In this document: piece by piece, positions 60,683 to 64,000 of the stretch | Numbering within the stretch: the first letter of the stretch is position 1 | How the letters are laid out: every line of letters starts with the position of its first letter | Assembly: GCA_051002015.1 (NCBI GenBank) | Contig: JBPCMS010000003.1 | Span: forward strand, 1,155 to 65,154 | Reading direction: 5' to 3' | From: Acidimicrobiia bacterium | GTDB lineage: Bacteria; Actinomycetota; Acidimicrobiia; Spongiisociales; UBA5794 | Length of the DNA stretch: 64,000 nucleotides | Program-made: the position numbers and the translations under genes | Notes under the pieces: model-generated | The model's database searches: none | What the model was told of the DNA's origin: nothing | The model's input: the letters and a program-made list of their open reading frames with translations, nothing else

Positions 60683-62086
60683 ATGGACGTCTTCAACACT
60701 CTTGGCCGCCGCACCCAGACGTTCGAGCCGCTCGAACCGGGACGGGTGGGCATCTACGTGTGTGGGCCCACCGTCCAGTCCCGCCCCCACGTCGGTCACG
60801 GCAGGGCGGCGGTGGCCTTCGATGTCGTCCGCCGCTACCTGGCCTGGTCCGGGTACGACGTCACCTACGTTCAGAACGTGACCGACATCGAGGACAAGAT
60901 CATCGCCGCCGCCGCCGACGAGGGGGTCGATCCTCAGGTGCTGGCCAAGCGCAACGCCGAGACGTTTGCCGCCGCCTACCTCGGGCTCGGGGTGGGGCCG
61001 CCGGATCTCGAACCGGCCGCAACCGATCACATCCCCGAGATGATCGAGCTCATCGAGACGCTGATCGCCGGGGGCCACGCCTATTCGGCAGGGGGCGACG
61101 TCTACTACGCGGTGCGCAGCTTCGACGGGTACGGCAAGCTTTCCGGGCGCCAGATCGACGACCTCATCTCCGGGGCCAGGATCGAGCCCGGCGAGCACAA
61201 GCGGGACCCGCTCGACTTCGCCCTGTGGAAAGCGGCCAAGCCGGGCGAACCGACCTGGGACTCGCCGTGGGGCCCCGGCCGACCGGGGTGGCATATCGAG
61301 TGCTCGGCGATGGCCCGCCGCTATCTCGGCGACACCTTCGACATCCACGCCGGGGGCAACGATCTCGTCTTCCCGCATCACGAGAACGAGATCGCCCAGT
61401 CCGAGGCGGCCACCGGCAAGCCGTTCGCCCGCTACTGGCTTCACAACGGGATGGTCGATCTCTCCGGCGAGAAGATGGCCAAGTCGACCGGCCATGTCGT
61501 CGACCTGATCGAGGCGCTGGGCACCTATCCGCCCCAGGCGGTGCGCCTGTTCTACCTGCGCACTCACTACCGCAAGCCGCTCGACTTCACCGCCGAGGCG
61601 CTGGAGGACGCGGTCGCTTCCCTGGAGCGGCTGTGGGCCTTCCGGCGCCGGGCGGGCGATCCGGTCGGCAGGCTCGCCGACCCGGCAACCATCGCCGCCT
61701 TCCGAGCGGCGATGGACGGCGACTTCGACACCGCCGGCGGTCTCGCCGTGCTCTTCGATGCGGTGCGGACCGGCAATCGGCTGCTCGATGCCCATGAGGA
61801 CCCCTCGGCCCTGGCGGCGGCGTACGACGAGCTGGTCGAGCTACTCGGGCTGGCCGAGCCGGGGAGCTCGGTCGACGACATCGCCGAGGCTCTCGGTGCC
61901 CTCGGCTCCCGGTTCGGGGGTGCGGGCGACTCCCCATTGGATCTGGTCGAAGGCTTGGTGGCCACCAGGACCGTGGCCAGGGAACAGCGAGACTGGCCCA
62001 CCGCCGATGCGGTGCGAGACGCCCTGGCCGACCTCGGGATCGTGGTCGAGGACACCGCCGACGGCTCTCGATGGCACAGACGCTGA
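60683..62086 (+). CDS. cysS: Cysteine--tRNA ligase
   Basis: CGPTVQSRPHVGHGR (HIGH), KMAKSTG (KMSKS), and Cys-binding WHIECS. ATG 60674 is an alternative start. Confidence 0.9.
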   Translation: MDVFNTLGRRTQTFEPLEPGRVGIYVCGPTVQSRPHVGHGRAAVAFDVVRRYLAWSGYDVTYVQNVTDIEDKIIAAAADEGVDPQVLAKRNAETFAAAYLGLGVGPPDLEPAATDHIPEMIELIETLIAGGHAYSAGGDVYYAVRSFDGYGKLSGRQIDDLISGARIEPGEHKRDPLDFALWKAAKPGEPTWDSPWGPGRPGWHIECSAMARRYLGDTFDIHAGGNDLVFPHHENEIAQSEAATGKPFARYWLHNGMVDLSGEKMAKSTGHVVDLIEALGTYPPQAVRLFYLRTHYRKPLDFTAEALEDAVASLERLWAFRRRAGDPVGRLADPATIAAFRAAMDGDFDTAGGLAVLFDAVRTGNRLLDAHEDPSALAAAYDELVELLGLAEPGSSVDDIAEALGALGSRFGGAGDSPLDLVEGLVATRTVAREQRDWPTADAVRDALADLGIVVEDTADGSRWHRR

Positions 62087-62233
62087 GCTGAGAGGCTGGC
62101 CCGATGGCGGAGACTCGGTGGTCGGGGCTGCGGCCACAACCGCGGTGTGATGACCGTCGGGCGAGGATCCGAGGGCAACAACGCCACAGCGAGCATCCGG
62201 CGCTCGCCCGGCGATGACCGGCGAGGCCAGCGG

Positions 62234-62974
62234 ATGAACGGCGACGGGTACGGCGCCGATGTCGAAGGCTTCCACGCCGTCACCGAGGCGGTCGCCGTCG
62301 GGCGGGTCCGGCGGCTCACGGTGGAGAGCGCCCGCCTGCGCCACGATGACTACCAGCGGCTGGTCGCCGCCGCCGAGGCTGGAGGCGCCGCCATCACCAG
62401 GGTGGAGGACACCCGCCCCCTCGCCGCCACCGGGGCGCCCCAAGGGGTGGTTGCCGCCTGCCGGCCGCTCGCCTACCTCGATCTCGACGAAGCCGTCGGT
62501 CTCGCCGACCCCGCCGTTGTGCTCGTCCTCGACCACCTGCAGGACCCGCGCAACGTCGGGGCGCTGGCCCGCTCCGCCCGGGCCACCGGGGTTCCGGTGA
62601 TGGCGGTCCCGGGGCGCCGCTCGGCTCCGATCGGCGCCACCGCCTTCAAGGCCGCCGCCGGAGCGCTCGAACATGTCGCCGTCGCCCAGGTGGGATCGGT
62701 CGCCGACGCCCTGGTGCGGCTGCGTAGCGCCGGCGTCTGGCTGGTCGGGCTCGACGGCGCCGCCGAACGGTCGATCCTCGGGCTCGACCTGCTCACCGAG
62801 CCCGTCGCCATCGTGCTCGGCGCCGAGGGCGAGGGGATCTCCCGGCTGGTTGCCGACCGGCTCGACGTGGTCGCCCGCATCCCGATGCAACCGGGGGTGG
62901 AGAGCCTCAACGCGTCGGTGGCAGGGGCCATCGCCATGTTCGAGATGGCCCGGATCCGCGGCTGGATAAGCTGA
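62234..62974 (+). CDS. rlmB: 23S rRNA (guanosine-2'-O)-methyltransferase RlmB (SpoU/TrmH family)
   Basis: L30e-like N-terminus (EGFHAVTEAVAVGRV) and SpoU motifs (LVLDHLQDPRNVGALARSA...GVESLNASVAGAIAMFE). Confidence 0.8.
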   Translation: MNGDGYGADVEGFHAVTEAVAVGRVRRLTVESARLRHDDYQRLVAAAEAGGAAITRVEDTRPLAATGAPQGVVAACRPLAYLDLDEAVGLADPAVVLVLDHLQDPRNVGALARSARATGVPVMAVPGRRSAPIGATAFKAAAGALEHVAVAQVGSVADALVRLRSAGVWLVGLDGAAERSILGLDLLTEPVAIVLGAEGEGISRLVADRLDVVARIPMQPGVESLNASVAGAIAMFEMARIRGWIS

Positions 62975-62984
62975 CCACGCGTCT

Positions 62985-63028
62985 GCTGGCGTAGCTCAGT
63001 TGGTCAGAGCAGCTGATTTGTAATCAGA
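62985..63028 (+). pseudogene. 5' fragment of a tRNA-Thr(UGU) gene (acceptor 5' strand, D-arm, anticodon arm only). The 3' half is absent.
   Basis: GCTGGCG-TA-GCTCAGTTGGTCAGAGC-A-GCTGA-TTTGTAA-TCAGA, then no T-arm (GGTTCGA) and no matching acceptor 3' strand anywhere downstream. Confidence 0.5.
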
Positions 63029-63060
63029 CACACCCCGATAACAGGGTCAGGGCCGGACCC

Positions 63061-63114
63061 GTTGCAACCATTGACGATCCGCCCGAAACCCTTGCAACCG
63101 TTGACGATCCGCCC
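63061..63114 (+). repeat. Two tandem 24-nt direct repeats (GTTGCAACCATTGACGATCCGCCC / CTTGCAACCGTTGACGATCCGCCC, 30-nt period) immediately after the truncated tRNA
   Basis: Read directly; 22/24 identical. Candidate recombinase arm-type or regulator binding sites. Confidence 0.6.
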
Positions 63115-63325
63115 CCGCCAAGTCTCTCCCTAGCTTTCACCCGGTTTCATGGCTTCTGTCTCGGCTCGCGTCCCGCGCGCGTCCCGCGGGGGCACGGCGG
63201 CTCGGTGTGGTGTACTCTCACCGCCGGGATAGCCCTCGGGGTAGCTCCTCGAAGGCGACAAGGCGGGAGACCTGTCCCCGCCTTCCCGGCACACCAAGAC
63301 AGGGCACCAACAGGAGGTGCCGCCG

Positions 63326-63517
63326 ATGACCACCGCACACCAGCAAGACCGCGAAACCCAAGAGCAGCGAGCCGCACTCGCTCTCAACGAGCTCGGCGCC
63401 GCCGTCGACGCCATCCACGCCGCCTGCGACTTGCTTGGCGTGACCCCGGCCGGGCTCGGCTTGGAACGAGCCCTGGAGGACTTGGCGGCGGTGCTCGCTG
63501 TCGCCTACCGGCGGTAA
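63326..63517 (+). CDS. Hypothetical small helical protein (63 aa)
   Basis: AGGAGG Shine-Dalgarno 7 nt before the ATG (MTTAHQQDRETQEQRAALALNELGAAV...). GTG 63317 is an alternative start. Confidence 0.4.
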   Translation: MTTAHQQDRETQEQRAALALNELGAAVDAIHAACDLLGVTPAGLGLERALEDLAAVLAVAYRR

Positions 63518-63575
63518 ACGGGCCCTACCCACCCGCGCAAGAATCGCGGGTGTGAATTGCGGCCGCTGCCGGCTG

Positions 63576-64000
63576 TCACACCTCGTAGACCTTCATTACT
63601 TCGTCGCCGTAGTGGTTGATGACCTTGACTGCGATGCGGTTGGTGTCGGGCTTGGGGAAGGGGCGGCTGGTGGTGGAGTAGAGGGTGGCCCAGGCGTCCT
63701 CGTCGATGTCTGCTCTGAGGGTCTTCTGGAGGCGTTCGTAGGGCTGGTCGCCGCCGGTGAAGTAGGCGTGGCGAACGAAGAAGCTCTCCTGGTTGTACTC
63801 GGTGTCGATGAACCAGCAGGCGATGTCATCCGTCGAGTTGGAGCGGACCTCACCGGTGGTGGGGTCGTAGACGTCGACGCCGCGCAGCTCCACGACCAGC
63901 TCGCCACCCTCGTCCTTGACGGTGACGTCGGGTTCCCCGAAGACCGTGAACAGGTTGCCGGCGCCGGTCTTCTTCAACAGGTCGTCACCCATCATCAGGT
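63576..64000 (-). CDS. C-terminal part of a DNA methyltransferase (Type III Mod-like); the gene continues beyond the window end
   Basis: The ORF is open to the window edge. C-terminal ...WFIDTEYNQESFFVRHAYFTGG...RIAVKVINHYGDEVMKVYEV resembles the conserved C-terminal domain of Mod-type N6-adenine methyltransferases. GC is about 60% against about 72% for the backbone. Confidence 0.45.
   Translation of the reverse strand, partial: LMMGDDLLKKTGAGNLFTVFGEPDVTVKDEGGELVVELRGVDVYDPTTGEVRSNSTDDIACWFIDTEYNQESFFVRHAYFTGGDQPYERLQKTLRADIDEDAWATLYSTTSRPFPKPDTNRIAVKVINHYGDEVMKVYEV

Noticed and set aside
62985-63120. Possibility that the tRNA-Thr(UGU)-like sequence is a complete tRNA with a long variable arm or an intron
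   Set aside because: No T-arm (GGTTCGA-type) and no sequence complementary to the 5' acceptor strand (CGCCAGC) exists within 500 nt downstream. The GGGTC-AGGGCCG-GACCC hairpin is not followed by a pairing acceptor strand. It is therefore called a 5' fragment.

Overview
This is about 72% GC actinobacterial chromosomal DNA. The gene order on the conserved backbone matches the Mycobacterium Rv3579c–Rv3660c neighbourhood: tad/Flp pilus locus, topA, tmk-holB, sigH-rshA, tilS-hpt-ftsH-folP-folK, panC-coaX-lysS, clpC, radA-disA-carD-ispF-cysS-rlmB. Many adjacent genes overlap by GTGA/ATGA, consistent with translational coupling. Accessory or atypical content includes: (i) a complete tadZ-like/tadA/tadB/tadC/flp/tadE/tadE-G pilus operon whose TadZ-like protein has a destroyed P-loop; (ii) a putative SRA-HNH restriction endonuclease next to AlkB; (iii) a LacI-regulated malEFG plus GH13 sugar-uptake cluster; (iv) a folate block lacking folE and folB, with a catalytically dead phosphatase-like gene inserted and folK fused in-frame to upp; (v) CarD carrying a roughly 210-aa N-terminal Ala/Lys/Pro-rich histone-H1-like tail encoded by tandem DNA repeats; (vi) a roughly 420-bp lower-GC insert flanked by a 22-bp duplication of the lysS 3' end; (vii) twin 19-bp-stem hairpins in a convergent intergenic region; (viii) at the right edge, a 5'-truncated tRNA-Thr(UGU) followed by tandem 24-nt direct repeats, a small ORF, and lower-GC DNA encoding the C-terminus of a Mod-like DNA methyltransferase that runs off the window. 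This last region is the most likely boundary of an integrated defense/mobile island. No CRISPR array or rRNA was seen. All calls rest on reading the translated ORFs and the sequence directly; no database search was run.
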